DNA of 64,000 nucleotides from Lytechinus pictus (lineage: Eukaryota), in NCBI RefSeq assembly GCF_037042905.1, contig NC_087246.1:22506001-22570000 (forward strand). The letters are read 5' to 3'. Both the position numbers and the translations under genes were made by a program. This document shows, one piece after another, positions 10,776 through 25,500 of the stretch (within the stretch, counting starts at the first letter, position 1; every line of letters starts with the position of its first letter). Under the pieces are notes generated by a model. The model ran no database searches. It was not told the DNA's origin and was given only the letters and a program-made list of their open reading frames with translations.

Positions 10776-13300
10776 TAAAATCAGTATGGCTCCCTAAGTT
10801 TAAAATCAAATTAGCGCACTCATAAGTTTATGATCAAGTTGGTGCCCCTATGCATGACCCTGAGAAGCGGGGGTGCTGATGCACCCCAAGATTTTCCTGG
10901 GAGGTGCTGCGTGTATTATTCTCCATAGGCAGCACCCCCTGCAATTCATTGCTGGTCCTTGATTGAGAAATGAAGCTTGTAATTTTTATTAAGACGCACT
11001 GGCTGAATATATATAATGTATTTGCTTTGTCCCTTTTGTCCCCTATACTGCGGTATAGTTTTGAATGTTTTCATTCTTCGCTCATCCCCCCCCCCCCCCT
11101 CTATTTCACATTTGTCCACTATCCCTTTTATTCTTTACCCCGCGATTATACGCGGCTAATCTTTGGCTTTTCCTTTGTACTCTGATTTTTTTTTAGTGTC
11201 CGATCTCCTTGATTGCTAATTTCATAATTACTTTAAGGAACCTGCAGACATTACAAGCTCTGCTTTTTATGCAGGTTCCTTCATATTTGACTTTATTTAC
11301 TGCCATTATCTTTTGTATTTTATTTCTTGTATTATGTTATTATTTTTCTATCTTGTGAAGTATGAAAATACATTCAATTCAATTCAATTAATGAAATATC
11401 ATTTCAATGACATTTACTTTTCGTGTTACATGGAAATAAATATGAATTTTCCTTGTATAAAATGTCACATAATATTTTATTTAGGGGAACTTTCATTAGC
11501 AATCTATGCTTTCGAGAACGTTCACATTTATGCCAGATGAGCTTCCTGACGATACTCTTTAGGCTACTTTTTAAAAAATATTCCTGCGAGTTGTATTTAT
11601 GAATATTCATGAGGAAATACCTTCATTTTGATTGGTGGGAATGAGAGATGGCAATCCAGTCTTGATTTTAAATCAGTCTCTCGCGAGTGAGAATTGAATT
11701 TATTTTCACGAGTGAAGCTTCACTCACTGGTATGAACGAGTAAAAAGATTTATTTATTTGCCATCCTTGGAAATGATAACAGTTGGTAATGAAAATATTG
11801 AAATGATAATAACGATTAAAAAAAAATGTATTTCATCATGTATTCTTACCTGCCATGCTTTTATTGCAGAATACTTTTTCAGACATGATCACTTGTTCTA
11901 TTTCTTAATAATTATAACCTTTGTGATATTTTTTTTCTATTCTATCCTAGTCTCAACTTTCTCCACAACTGATAGATTTGTTTTTTAACTTTCAATGCTT
12001 GTTTTACCGTTAATCATCACCATATGGTACATTTTCTTCTATAAATTTAATTGTAACCTTTTTTGTACCGTGTTCCCTTATGTATATATAGTATAATACA
12101 ATATATCTAACTTATTCTCGGCGAACAAAATGAAATAACAAAATAATGTGCGATTATGTCGTGGCTTTATTAAACAGAGATGAACGCTTTTCGGATTCTG
12201 GTGTCACAATGACATAACTATAAAACATGAATATGAACAATACCTCTGATTAGAGACTTACATACATGTATGTCTGGAACCAACCGATAGCCTTGTTTTA
12301 GCTCCCCGAAGGGGGGTTAAACCCCCGGCTAGAAGGCCCCCCGTCCCAGTACATTATAAGTTTATTCTGGATTCATGTGATTGCATAACATTTTTGAAGG
12401 ATATTCTTCCTCTTTATTCAATTTCAACTCATGCACTTGAAGAAAAAATAGCTGAACAAATGAACTTTGATAATCACATTAACTTGTTTCAGCTTGCTTG
12501 TTTGTCGAATGTATTAAAATGATCTATTGATATCAAACTTACATGGCCATGCGGAGATTTATTTAGAGAAAGGAGAGAGAGGGGCGAGAATTTGTATTGG
12601 GGGACAAGAGCCAAGCTGATCATAATGGGTGAGGTGTTTATGTGAACAGATGCTCAACAAGTTCAATTGAATTTAATTGAAATTTGAAGATGGTCCGGCG
12701 CCTGTTGAAAATTTGTTGGTATTTTTCAGCTTCATGAGAAGAGTCTTCCCTTGCCCCCCTCCCCTCCTACTCCTGTGTAAGGAAATGCATAGGTATTACA
12801 CGATGATGATGAGATTGGAATGTTTGTTTAACGGTAAAGATTACTCGCTTGATTCCAAAGGTCGCTTTGTAATTGAAGACTTTTGAAGTGTATCCTGTTC
12901 CGAAAGAAATACTCTGAACTTTTATTGTCACTTCAGAATGCAATGTAACTCAGCTGTACCTGTCAGTCACTTATTTGCATAAAAACACATATTTAAACAA
13001 AATAGAAAGACAAAATAAATTCTTACATTAGAATTATGTTTCGGGAAATCCCTGAACATGGGGAAATCTTTCATTTGATTACTCAAATAATTGTTCCCTT
13101 ATAATTATGTACAGTATATATATATATATATATATATGGACTTTAGCTAAGGAGATTGATTTGAAAAATATATTTTACCTTTTTAGCTTGTTTCCTTGCC
13201 CAAAACACTTCATCGAGCGCCGATGCGCCACCCCCCCCCCCCCCGCCACACACACACCGAGGCCATCGTGATGATATCTGCTTTACCCGAAGCATGTGAT

Positions 13301-13859
13301 CCAGGGGGGGCCACTTACATTGACGAGTGGATACCATGCGCGACAAAAAAACACGTAAAAAGGATGTCTTTTTCAAGATAGGGCACGTTACGTACGTAAC
13401 GTGATAAGGGTGTCAAAAACACAAAAATAATGAAAAAAGGGTATCTATTTTGCGAGGAAAGCTACGTGTTTAGGGTCAAATTTGCGGGGATGATAAAACA
13501 AAATTGAAATGTTTTATAAAGGATGTCCTTTTCCCCCCAACACTACGTGTTTAGAGTCCAATTTGCGCGAGGTGTAGAAGGTGGGGCCGTAATAAACCAA
13601 ATGGTGTGTAAAGGTAAAACCGATGACCGACGGACCCGTGAAATAAAATATCGCTGTACTTGTTTAGGGGTTCATTTCAGGGAATACTTGCCAAGAGTAT
13701 CGTTTTATTTCCAATACTTGTTAAGGGTAGGGTTTCAGACGCCAATACTTGTTAAGCCTTTTTCAGAATATGGAAAAATACGTGTTTAGGGTGCTTTTCG
13801 AGACCCCATGGTCGCGCATGGTATCCACTCGTCAATGGAAGTGCCCCCCCCCCCCCGGG
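13301..13859. mobile_element. MITE with CC(A/C)GGGG termini and long TIRs
   Basis: cacttacattgacgagtggataccatgcgcgac / gtcgcgcatggtatccactcgtcaatggaagtg; TSD (G)CATGTGAT, 8-9 bp. Confidence 0.88.
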
Positions 13860-16030
13860 CATGTGATTCACATGACTGAGTGGCTTCGGCTTGATTTTCC
13901 GTTTGTTAATCATTGTCATGCTTGGGAAAAGTGTGGAGAAACTAATATTACATAAAATGTAAAATTTAAACCCACTTTAAATGATAAGAACTTAGTTTTA
14001 AAAATGCTGGAGATGTCTGAAGTAAACATTTGTTTACATTCAGTTCTGTCCTCATATCCAGCAGTCACAAAAACAGGGTAAAGGTTGTGCTTACCTAGCG
14101 TTAAAATGCTAATTTGGGTTGCAAAGTATTTGCAATATGTTAAAATGTATCAGTTTTATTTCAACTGGCTTGAAATGCAAAAGAAAAATTTACCTCACGG
14201 TCATTTTTTCACCGTTTTTCCTTGACAGTTGACACGGCATGAAAATGAGCATTTCTGCTCAAACTGATTTCTGCGAGCTTACAAAAAATGGACAGTGCAC
14301 ACTCAAGTGTAGCATTCTGTCAAACCTTTTACTTTCATTAAAATGGATGAGACATAAACCCTCGAATATTATGTTGAGATTACCCCCATGTTGTATCTTT
14401 TTTTATTGATCTGCACTGATACGTGCGTAGTTGGAATAATGTATGATGTAATACATTCGGAAAGGGGATTTCCCTTTTGATTCCAAATCTTGCTCGGAGA
14501 ATGAACAATCAAAATTATTCAAATACTACCCCGGTCGCTTGTTTGCAGTCATGCTTGACTGATCAGATTGTGTCCTTCGTATTTACCTAATAATAATCAA
14601 TATTATATTTGTATGGATTGTACGAACAGTACCAACAGTGGTGACATCACAGGAGGGGAAAGAGTAGTCCACCCCCTCCTTCAAAATATATATTTTCAGT
14701 TATTTTCTTACACAGTTGTTACTAATGCTAATGCTTCCCTCTCAACGCGTATGATCAGCATGACTACCAAGAAGATGCCAGTATGGGCTAGATTTTGAAG
14801 AAGACGCGATTGTTGCCATATTTGTATGTTGTTGTTTTAAAGTATGTTGCTTGTCTGACTTTGTCCCGCCATCGCCACCCCGCCCCCCTCCATGAGAATG
14901 ATCATGCCGCTGTCGTTGTTCATACTTATGTAAGCAAACACAGGCTAAAACCATAATTGTATTTATCTGGGATCACATGACGATGATAACAGGCACTGAT
15001 TCCTTTAATATTGTAGACAGATAATGCAAACAGAGTTTAACATTCACGCTTTGCAATTGCTATTTGTTTTTGCTTTTGTGTTTTTTTTTCTCGATTTTTT
15101 TTATAAGGGAAATGTCCATCCTGAGGTGAAGTCGGTCATAATATTAGCAGAAAAAAGTGAGAAAATAGCAATGGCATTTTTCTTTTTTAAACATCCAAGA
15201 ATTTATGAATTTGAAAAATATGATTATTATGTGATTATGTGACATGCAGATAGCCCCCTCTAATGTAATACAAGTTCCATAAATTACAATTTTTTTGGTT
15301 CATGGCACCTAGAATAATATAGCTATACATCCCGATTCATACGGTACACGTAAGTACACAGCACTGAAAAAATGAAAAACCATATTTTATTGTTCGATAT
15401 AGAAATCTGAAATATAATTACTCCAAACATTCATTTTGCCCCAAATGAGCCCGGCATCCACTATGCAGCGCCAGAAGTACATATCACAGTATAATGTTTT
15501 TCTTTCTTAATCTATTAAACAGATACCAAAATCAGTAATAGTTGCAAATAGTGGCAAACACGTTTTTTGTCCATCATTTTTTAAATGTACACTCTAATGC
15601 TGACAGTTGTAATACATTGGCATATCTTTATGTATTAGTTTCATTTTATCGTCCTCTCCTACAAATTAAGACTTCTTAATTTTTTGGATTCTGCAGCCCT
15701 AACAAGCTTTGCTTTTTTATGCAGGTTCCCTCATATTTTACCATATTTTAAATTGTCTTTGATTTCAAATTGCTGTATTATTTAATTATTTAATGTTATT
15801 TTTTATACGATGTTATTTCTTCGGATGTTATATTGTTTTTGTATTATGTTCATAATTATGTGAAATAAAGTCAATATCAATGAATGTTTTTTTTTTTTTT
15901 TTTATACTGAAAATATTCATTCAACTACCAATGTTGCTCATAAAAGGCTATTCCATGTACAGTCAGTGATCAGTATTTTTAAAGCCAAAAAGTTGCACAT
16001 AAAACAAAAGTTAAGATTGATGCATTGCTT

Positions 16031-16174
16031 TCACACAAAGTTGTGGTTGGAAAAGTCCCTTATATCGAAACAATGTCATCTTCACTCTTGATATCAAAGA
16101 AATCACACAAAGTTGTGGTTGGAAAAGTCCCTTATATCGAAACAATGTCATCTTCACTCTTGATGTCAAAGAAA
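16031..16174. repeat. 72-bp tandem duplication (2 copies)
   Basis: tcacacaaagttgtggttggaaaagtcccttatatcgaaacaatgtcatcttcactcttgat(a/g)tcaaagaaa x2, one mismatch. Confidence 0.92.
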
Positions 16175-16483
16175 TTCGGGGCTTTTGGGGGAGCGCCAAT
16201 ATGAAGCAAAAACAGGCCTATTGTTTGCTCAACCGCCCACTAGCAGTACAAGGAAATCGCTGTGAGATCAAACTTCGTGCGTTTTTTCCCATCACGATCG
16301 ATATGTGCCCGTTGGATCTCGGCACAGTGTGCACAGTGCAATACCTGATCATTTTTACGAGAGATATATTTTCAATCAGGTGCGTCGGAACTGTTTTTCC
16401 TTCCGATCTTTGACAGGAGTTAGTGTCTGTGGACTATAATATCGGATCAGTCGTTTAACCAGGGAGCTGGAAGGAGATCGGCC

Positions 16484-16546
16484 ATGGCATATCATCTAGA
16501 AACAATTTATTTAGAGAGAGAGCTGATGTTTAAGAACAATGCTGAG
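16484..16546 (+). CDS. Adaptor exon 1 (MAYHLETIYLERELMFKNNAE)
   Basis: Kozak gccATGg; donor GAG|gtaatt, phase 0. Confidence 0.65.
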
Positions 16547-19500
16547 GTAATTCAAAGCTAATATTCATATCAATATCCATATTGCTACCCATACCCCCCC
16601 CCCCCATACCAAAAGTTAGACGTCTGAAAAACAGTTAAATTCATACACATTTTTATAAGATTTTCATTGTGAAATAATTATGTTTCCAGGTCAACAAGAG
16701 TCATTCGTTGTATTTTTTTTCTTTTAAGATAATGCCTTAGGGGGTGGCGCCAAGGTATGTTAATAAATTATAATATTGGGAAAGACAGACTAAATCATGA
16801 CTTGTGATATCATTCCTAGTTCTCCTTAAAATGATAGATATCGTTCTACTGTACAGCCCTTTCAATGCAGTGCTCTTAGATAATATTCTTTCTGGCTTCA
16901 CGCATAAACTATAATTATGTAGGCGTACATTTAACATTTTATGGAGAAATTCCAGCAAGGGTATTCTAAGTCAGTTCCTAGGCAGGCGAAATTGGCTTAC
17001 ACGGTGCACCCTGGTTTGAATCAAAACTGGGACTGCAACATTACATTGACAGTGCATTTTCTTCAACTAATGCAATCTTCATGATCTTGCTTTTAAGTGA
17101 TAAATGGCTTGGTGCAAAATGCAACTTTTTGTCATTGTTTGCACCTGGAATTACCCCCAAAAGGTGCAACGTTAACTTCATAGGGTTTATAGACTCGAGT
17201 GCAGAGATATTGTGCTCTCAAGGTGCAATTACTGGTGGGGATAAATCTGCTCCCTAAACGGTGGCGAAATGTAGGTGCAAAGGGCTTCTTCAATCCTGTC
17301 AATTGCAATATTGCGCCCCAAAAGGAGCTCCGAGTGTTCCATTTGAAGAGTCCTAGATTGCGCTCTTTATCTTAGTGTTTAAACCAATTAATCTAGGAGT
17401 TTATATGGATTTCTCTTTCCTAATATATTTTTAAATAAATTATTGACAAGCAGACATACATTGTTTTGATGCTGGTAAGGCACAGAGAATGATGTGTTGG
17501 AGGGGGGGGGGGAGAAGACAAGATAATCCAAAAGAAAAGGAGACCGTCATCATAGTTAAAATGCATTGAAATCAAACTTTTTCACTTTACAAAATTCGCG
17601 ATCCTCATGGATTTTCATACAGGGCAACGAACAAAGTGAAATTTTAATATGCAGAAAGTAAATTTATCTTAATTATTTACTTAAAAGTAAGTATGTGAGG
17701 TGAGTGAACGAGTGAGTGGGTGCGTGAGTAAGTAAGTAGTACTTAAATAGGAAACTGAATTATTAAAGTAAGTAATACTTGAACTATAAAATAATAAGTA
17801 GTGATCAAATGCGTAAATTACACAAATAGATTGATGATTGCAACCATCGCCAGTGCCGGTCCGTCGAGACTGAGGCCTATAGTTTGCTCTAGTGAATGAG
17901 GTCTAACTATAACTACTCTCTTAAAACAAATCAGTCAAATTGACTAGTAGTCAGCTGGGTGCAACTGATATGACAATCACTGAAAGTCACATTTCTGATA
18001 TATATTCTAGTCAGAAATAGCTCTGTTCTAGTCAAATTCGACTAGAAAATAGTCAAATATGACCAGAATAACAGTTGCACCCGCCTGACCCTCTTAACTA
18101 GTCATTTTTGGCTGATTATTTTGTTTCTAGAGTGTATATACGCTTAAAGTTAAACTTCAATATGGAATAAACTAGTTTGTCTATCTAGCAACATAATGTA
18201 AGGGGAATAAAGAGTGTATATACATGATATAGACGTATACTTTCTCTCAAATAAGTAATCTCTCTCCCCTCTGTTTCTATGTCTGTCTGTCTTCCCCCCC
18301 CCCCCCCCCGTCTTTCTCTTTGCAGCCATCGGTTAAGTATCAACTTGGAAACTGCAAACTCGGTGTCTATTCTGACCATGTCAGAATAGATATCATAGAA
18401 GGCAACAATGCTTATTACCACTACATCTCATCCGTCACAGTTGGCCAATATGAAAGCATATTATGTGTCGAAAGTCAGAATGGCAACACATTCCTCATGT
18501 TCGAACGCAGGTAACAATAACTAATGTCACTGTAAAATACTGTTATAGTCTTAAGGTTAACCAAGGTGAACATGTTACCATAGTAACAGTGTCCAACATC
18601 CATTCAAAATTAAGGTTTGATGGTCAGAATGCAAAGTTATTATAAAAGTATTTGTTGTTTTACGCTTAAGTCACACGGCCATTCACGATAGTTACATATG
18701 CTTACGGATAAAAATCCGTAAGCATCCGCAAGGATCCTTATTATCCGTAAGTATCTGTATCCATCCGTAACTCAATCCGCAGGATCCGCAGACATACGCA
18801 GATCCGCAGCGGGAATTTTGAAAATCTCAATATACGTTATCCATACACAACTCATACGTAAGATGCGTAAACCCATCCGAACAATATGCAAGATACGTAA
18901 CTGACCCTTAAACTTAATTATCATTAAGTAATATTAAAGTTTTGATATATTCAAATGGGCTTATAGGCAAATATTTTTTTTTCTTCAAACATATGGCTTT
19001 TTGAAACTTTTAAGGGGGGTGGAAGTCTTATAATAAGTTAAATCATCTAAAACCAACCTTATTTCTATACAATATTGAAATGAAAATGATTTTTTTTTTA
19101 CCATGATTCACAATTTCCAATCAGGCAATTTAAACGGGAAACATTATTTTTTCATCACCATGACACGTTATCACATATATATCATATTTCTGAACAATAT
19201 TTGTTATCTTTTAACCAAGCACTTAAAATATGTTTCCCATAGCGGCTACTACCGAAACAGAATATTCATTGCAACTTTCTTGGTTAATACTCTGTCATAT
19301 CTGCTATACCTGTCGAATGAAATAAATGTTTGCAAAAATACTCCTAAAATATGTTCTTACCATGCAAGAAGAAACTAGCATGAACAAGGTAACGAAAGGA
19401 TGAAAATTTATATATGTTTTTGTAAAATCTTTAAAGCTCCCATTTTACAAAACAAATGGAGGAACATTGTTTCAAAACCAATTTTTTTTTTTTTGGGGGG

Positions 19501-22500
19501 GGACAAAATTTATGATTCCTTTCTTTATCATAATATCATTGGTGTAAAACAAATACCTATAAAAAGTGTTGGTATATTAAATTCTGATTTGTGTTCCTTT
19601 TGTTAAAAATAGTCTGAAAATATTGCCCATTTATTTTAGGAATGCCCCTTTACTCGTCGATTTTTAGATGATTTTGAAAATTCACTCTAAAAAAATTAAA
19701 TAATGTTGTCTTTTAATGATATTTGCATTTGGCATACCAAATTGAAATTGTTATGCTAAATATTATATATTTTCAACTAGGTGTTTAAATGGTTATTTAT
19801 CGTTTTCATCATGTCAAAATAAATTAAAATATCAGCATGAGATAGAACGCGTTATAAACACGCAACAAAATAAGTTTATTGTTCATCTTGATGGGTCGAG
19901 GCAGATCGAGTTTAATCATTATTTTTTTCTATATTTTGTTTCTATACATGTTTAATATTGTTTGTAATATATCACATGCACTTTGCATTTAATCATATGA
20001 TTTGTCGAGAAATATTGAATAAAGACTTTCTTTGAAAAAAGGGCTGTATTTCTGCAAGCAGTCTGTAAATATAATAATAATAATAACAATATGTCCATTT
20101 ATAAAGCGCATTTACTATGTGCATATTACCCCGGCTGTAGCTGAGCCGCCATATTAATAGGCGCTAAAGCGTTCAAGGAATAAATATATTAAAGCTCATT
20201 ATGGTAAATATCATAAAAACAAAGTATTCTAGCTCTCAGACTTGATGAAATGCGACTGAGACAAATTCCGATCCACATGGGTTGATAAGCGGATAGTGCG
20301 GACGCCAGAGAAGCCGACGAGCGCAGACACGAGCGTAACATATCCGTATCGTCCGTAAGTCATCCGTATGACTTCCAGTCTTCCGTGACATGTGTCAGCG
20401 GGTCAGGGGCAGCGGATGGGCTCATTCGCAGGTTTTACCCGTAACACCCGTAACTACTAGTAATCCATATCGTTCGCAGAATATAGGTAACTTTTGCTCA
20501 ATTTCCGTTATTTTGGGGGGTAAAATTACGCATTATCATTATCCAAATAAAAATATACGCAGAACCGTAACATGGCCTTGCGACTTAAGCAATACGAATC
20601 AAGGTAGCCTGCAGACAGGTAGCCTGTTAAAAGGCTTAATTTTAACCACCATCAAATGCGTTCAATACACAGCTTAATCGATTTTCAGTTTCCAGTAAAG
20701 TGTTCATCGACTTTGTTTATAGGTATGCACAATAATATAGAAACTGTCTTGTATAGTTTCAGAATCTATACATGTAAAAATCCCTAAATAAGAATTTTGC
20801 GGAGAGTTCCATTATATTCATTTTGTGGGTGCAAATCAGCCTAATGGGTTTAGGCTTGCCTCCCAAGCAGGCAATGAGCACAACCATGTATTTATTTGGT
20901 ATAAATTGAATTTCTCGTAATTTTTTCAGCAGGACAGTGAATTTAATACGATTCAAAAAAATAAAGCGAGGGATAATAGAAGATTGTGTCTTGTAATACG
21001 CTTGAAAGTAATAATTATTTACCAATGATTAAGGAAATATTTTGTTTATGCTGTGTGGACATATCATTAAAATACATACAAAGGAGGGGAAGGGGGAGGG
21101 GCTTTGCATATCAGGTAGAGCATTTAATATCAGAAAGAAATGTTAACTTGATATCTGGGCGCCAGGGTTGTAAGGCAGGGATGGAATCTGTGATAACTGA
21201 ATGTACATACTTCTTCTATTTATTGAATTGCTTAATATCAATTATATGTACGTTTTAAATCATTTTTTTCATAAATTGTCATTTACCTTCCAAATGCCTA
21301 ATCACTAAATTATTGCTGGTCAATGTCACTTGATTTTGAAGAAAATAAATAAAGCCATGCATGTAGGCTTAGCCATCACTGAAATAAAAATAGTGTAAAG
21401 TAAACCATCCTTAAAATGACATCAAAGAAGTTATACTTTTGAAGCGAATTGTTTTAAGTGTCACTTTCTAATGATCCGACACAACCCTGTTATAGAACAT
21501 ACAAGTAACAAAAGCGAGCGAGAAAAAAGACACTTTAATGGCGGCTGTAGTGTAACTATAATATGCGACCAATACAGTGCGTATAAAAAAAGGGACACAT
21601 TTGAAGTCTTTAAAATTTTTGTTTCAAATTATGATGTCTATATGATAGGTGCTCTGAAGTCTTATCTTTCAAATGTCATTTTAAAAATTAGTTTCGTTCA
21701 TGCTTGAGCGAACACGGAATGTTTGGGGTTAAAAAGGAGGCTTGCGCCAAAACGGCATAAAATGATAAATATGATGATCGGACTTCTTGCTAATTAGCAG
21801 ACTCCCTCTTAACCTTTTCAATATCTTTGCCATAATTTTCAAATTATGCGGTCAAAATTCATTTTCAAATCTATTTATTTGTTTGAATTGTTCTGTTGCT
21901 TTTTTTCTTTTTGATATGTTCTCTTTTAGCTTTGAATATTCCTTCTTCAAGCAAAAAAAAAAAAAAATGTTCAACCGAAGTATGGGAGAGCATGTATTTT
22001 TTTTTCAAATCCTTTCATTGTGTGCTACAAAGTTTATGGTGACTTTTGAACAGTGCCAGATGGGCGGGGGCTCGGGGATGCTTCCACCCCCCCCCCCTCA
22101 ATAAAAGAAAATCATGACCAAGAAAAAAGTGGAAAGGGAATAAAAGGAAAGATAGAAAGTAAAATATGATATTATTTTCTGAATATTATGTCAAAATCTA
22201 TCACAAAATTTGATATTGTTAATAAAAAAGTGGGAATATTTGCGTGCTCGCTTCGCTCGCTCACAACTTGTTAATACATTTTACCCGATCTGCCATATCT
22301 AGCTCCTTCAAAATTGACTCAATACACCTGTCATTGCCATTGAAAGACATGAATTCCTTCCTGTTTGTCCTGTCAAGCATATAATTAAACTTGGTCAAGG
22401 AATCAATAACCCCTTGAAAAATGGATTCATGTATTTTAAAGGTACCATAACATAATTTGTTTCACATAATAAAAGGATTTGAATAATTGCAAGTTTTCCC

Positions 22501-25500
22501 AATTAATAATGCAAATCTTCTTGCTGGGGTTGACAAAAAGTCTTCTTTTCTTACTTATGAAGGAAAATTAAAAGGTAAAAGAAGTTTAAATGAAAAAATG
22601 TATAATTCAAGTAAATAAATAAATTTGTAAATAAAATTTGACAGCATAATTAATTCGACAATTATGGCACAGATAATGAAAAGGTTAAGAGGAAGTCTGC
22701 TGATAAGGAAGAAGTCTGATCTTCATATTACTCATATCATGCATATTCTGCCATTCTGGCGCAAGCCTCTTTTTGAACCCCCGACAAAAACGTCCCGTGT
22801 TCGCTCAAGCATGAACAAAATTTATTTTTTTAAATTGCATATCAAAGATAAGATTTCAGAGCATCAAAAACATTAACATCAAAATATAGATATCATAATT
22901 TGAAACAATTTTTTATAGACTTTTCAAAACTGTCACTTTTTATACGCACTGTATTTAGAAGTAGTAACCTCTTTAAATTTTGTACGAGAGAGAACGCAGA
23001 GTGAGCTAAAATAAATTTACTAATGTGGCAGAATTTTTTGATAGAATAAAAGATGATAGAAGTGATATGCCTATACATTATTGTATATTGGCTTGTAAGG
23101 TATTTAATTGATATTTTCAATAATACTTTTATGTGCAGAATGTGAATCTATTTAGGCAACTTAAGAAATGATAATCATTCAAATGCAAAATATAAATTAT
23201 GATCATGATAATTAATTGCAGTTTGATTTGTCATTTGATTTCCTAAATTATTTTGATTATTTCATGAATTCGTACCAATCTGCAGTTCATCTGATACATT
23301 ATTATTCAACATCATCAGATTTCATAATGTAGATAAGACTTTAAAGATTTAGAATTGGTTGACTTTTACATTCGATTTTTTATACCATAAATAATGCAAG
23401 TGAACAAAGCAAACGTATTACAAGACATCATCATTGAAGAAACACAAGGCACAAAACATAACCTTGTTTTATCGTTGTTTTGGGGAAGAATTATTATTTG
23501 CCGCTGTATCTCAAAATAGTTTTTATTAATTATCCGAAACATGAAAAGGCAAACTTGGTGCTTTCGATGATTGATAACAGAAACCAAACTTTATGGTGTA
23601 TCTGGACTATAAACCGAAATTAAAACAAACTTTTTCTGAGTGTTTATACAAAAGGATTATTATTTCACCTTATATAGGTTTCAGTCCAGCAAAACGTCAA
23701 ATACCTTACACATTGGCGATGTTTGATGTTTGATATTTCTGGTGCAATCATGCAATAAGCTGATAAGACATTATCATTTATTTTCATGGAAGAACTTCCT
23801 CATTTGGAGCCGGTGAAAAGCAAAGAAGAAGTCGGGGTGCATGCTGGAAGTGGGGCAGATCAAATTATGTGAAATGGGGTTGAGGACGAGGAAGATTTTG
23901 TGCATGGCCTCTAGGCTGGCCTCAAGACCAACAACACTGGATTTCGAACAGTAACTACATTGGAACCAATATCCATGCTGTTCTTAACCTATCCCTTTAA
24001 TATATTAAGAAGTTGAAACCCGATGACCGTTGATGAACACTAGCGTACCTACGGGGGGGGGGCAGAGGGGGCAGACTGCCCCCCTGACGAGTCACAATCC
24101 ATGCAAGGGACATATCCCTGCCCCCCTGACGAGTCTTGAAGACCTTTTTTTTTGCTTGTCAATTTTTTTGTCTCTGGTACGAAATCCTTTATTTGTGGTT
24201 GAAGACCTTTATTTTTGTTTTTGTCAAATTTTTTGGAGAACGAATTTCCCCCCCCCCCCCTGTTGAAAATCCTAGGTACGCCACTGTTGATGAATAATTA
24301 GGACTTGTGTCCTTTTGTCATATCTCATTGAATAGAAGACACGCACATTTTGAAAACACGCGCACATCCACGTGATATATGCCAGAGATTATGTGATATT
24401 GAACTTTGATTTAATGATGGCTTTCTTTTGGTATGAACGAAAAACATAATCACCCACGTCGATAGAAAACACATTTCTCCTACGATACAAATTCATTTCT
24501 TTTGTTAATCGTAATCAATCTAGAAAAAGAAAGAGACATAAATTTGTTTCCCCATATTTATTTCTGCTTGATTTATTTTCAAATCCATCCAACCTTTTCA
24601 ATTGATTCAGATGGCAAACGTCGGCTATGGGTGATTTATCATCGAAAGCGTAAAAACACAAATTACAAAGAAATGTATATCTTTTCAATTTTTTTCATTT
24701 AAAATACGAATATAGGCCTATCTCATACATATTTTTTTTTTCCAAAGCCGTTGAAATCACATTCTTCGTCATTATCGTTTGATTGAAATACGTGCCCTAA
24801 CCACATTTTTGTTTTAACTTGACCGAGATCATATAAATAGACTTGTTCCCCATCCCCGCAGAAGCAAAAGAAGGAAACGTGACAAAGAGTCGTCATTGAT
24901 TTATACGGGATATTTTCTGATTTATTTTAACCGCTGAGATTGAGGAAGTATATCTTGCGTGGAATTTTAGAATGGAAACATTCCACATCAGAGTATAGGA
25001 AGCGAAAAAACAGTTTGCTCGCGTCATGAACTAAACTACATGAATGTTAATTCTTACAATATTTAATACATGGAAAAAGATAGTCAATCATACCTTGCAG
25101 CATTGCTTTGTTGAAGCAGACCGTATGAGATTTTTTTTTCAGTTTAATAAAATAGGAGGAATTTCAATGAAAAGGAAGCAGATAGTGATAGTTTGGAGGA
25201 AAACATCTTTTAGAATTAAAAATGTATCAAATTTGATAGTTTTCGGTATACACCTGCAGGAACGATTTTTTTTTATATGGATGGTTGTCCTCCGTTTATT
25301 TTTAATGATCATATAATAGCTGTCATCCTTTTCAAACTCGGTCTGTATCTATTATATCTTTATGTCATAGAGACACTTGTCACAATTTATATTCCATACT
25401 TGCTATAGTTTGGGATTTGCGTAGTCTTTGTGATATCATTCTTTTAAAAAGTATAGCTTTCTTATTCTTGGATGATCCCTTTTAAACTTTTTACAACTCC

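Noticed and set aside
18700-18900. Short repeated ATCCGTA units resembling an array
   Set aside because: Irregular spacing, no constant repeat-spacer structure, eukaryotic context; these are subterminal repeats of a TIR element, not CRISPR.
23680-25030. Possible extra exon or internal promoter in adaptor intron 2 (GAGGAAGT ETS-like site near 24942)
   Set aside because: No phase-compatible open exon found, and short motifs are expected by chance.
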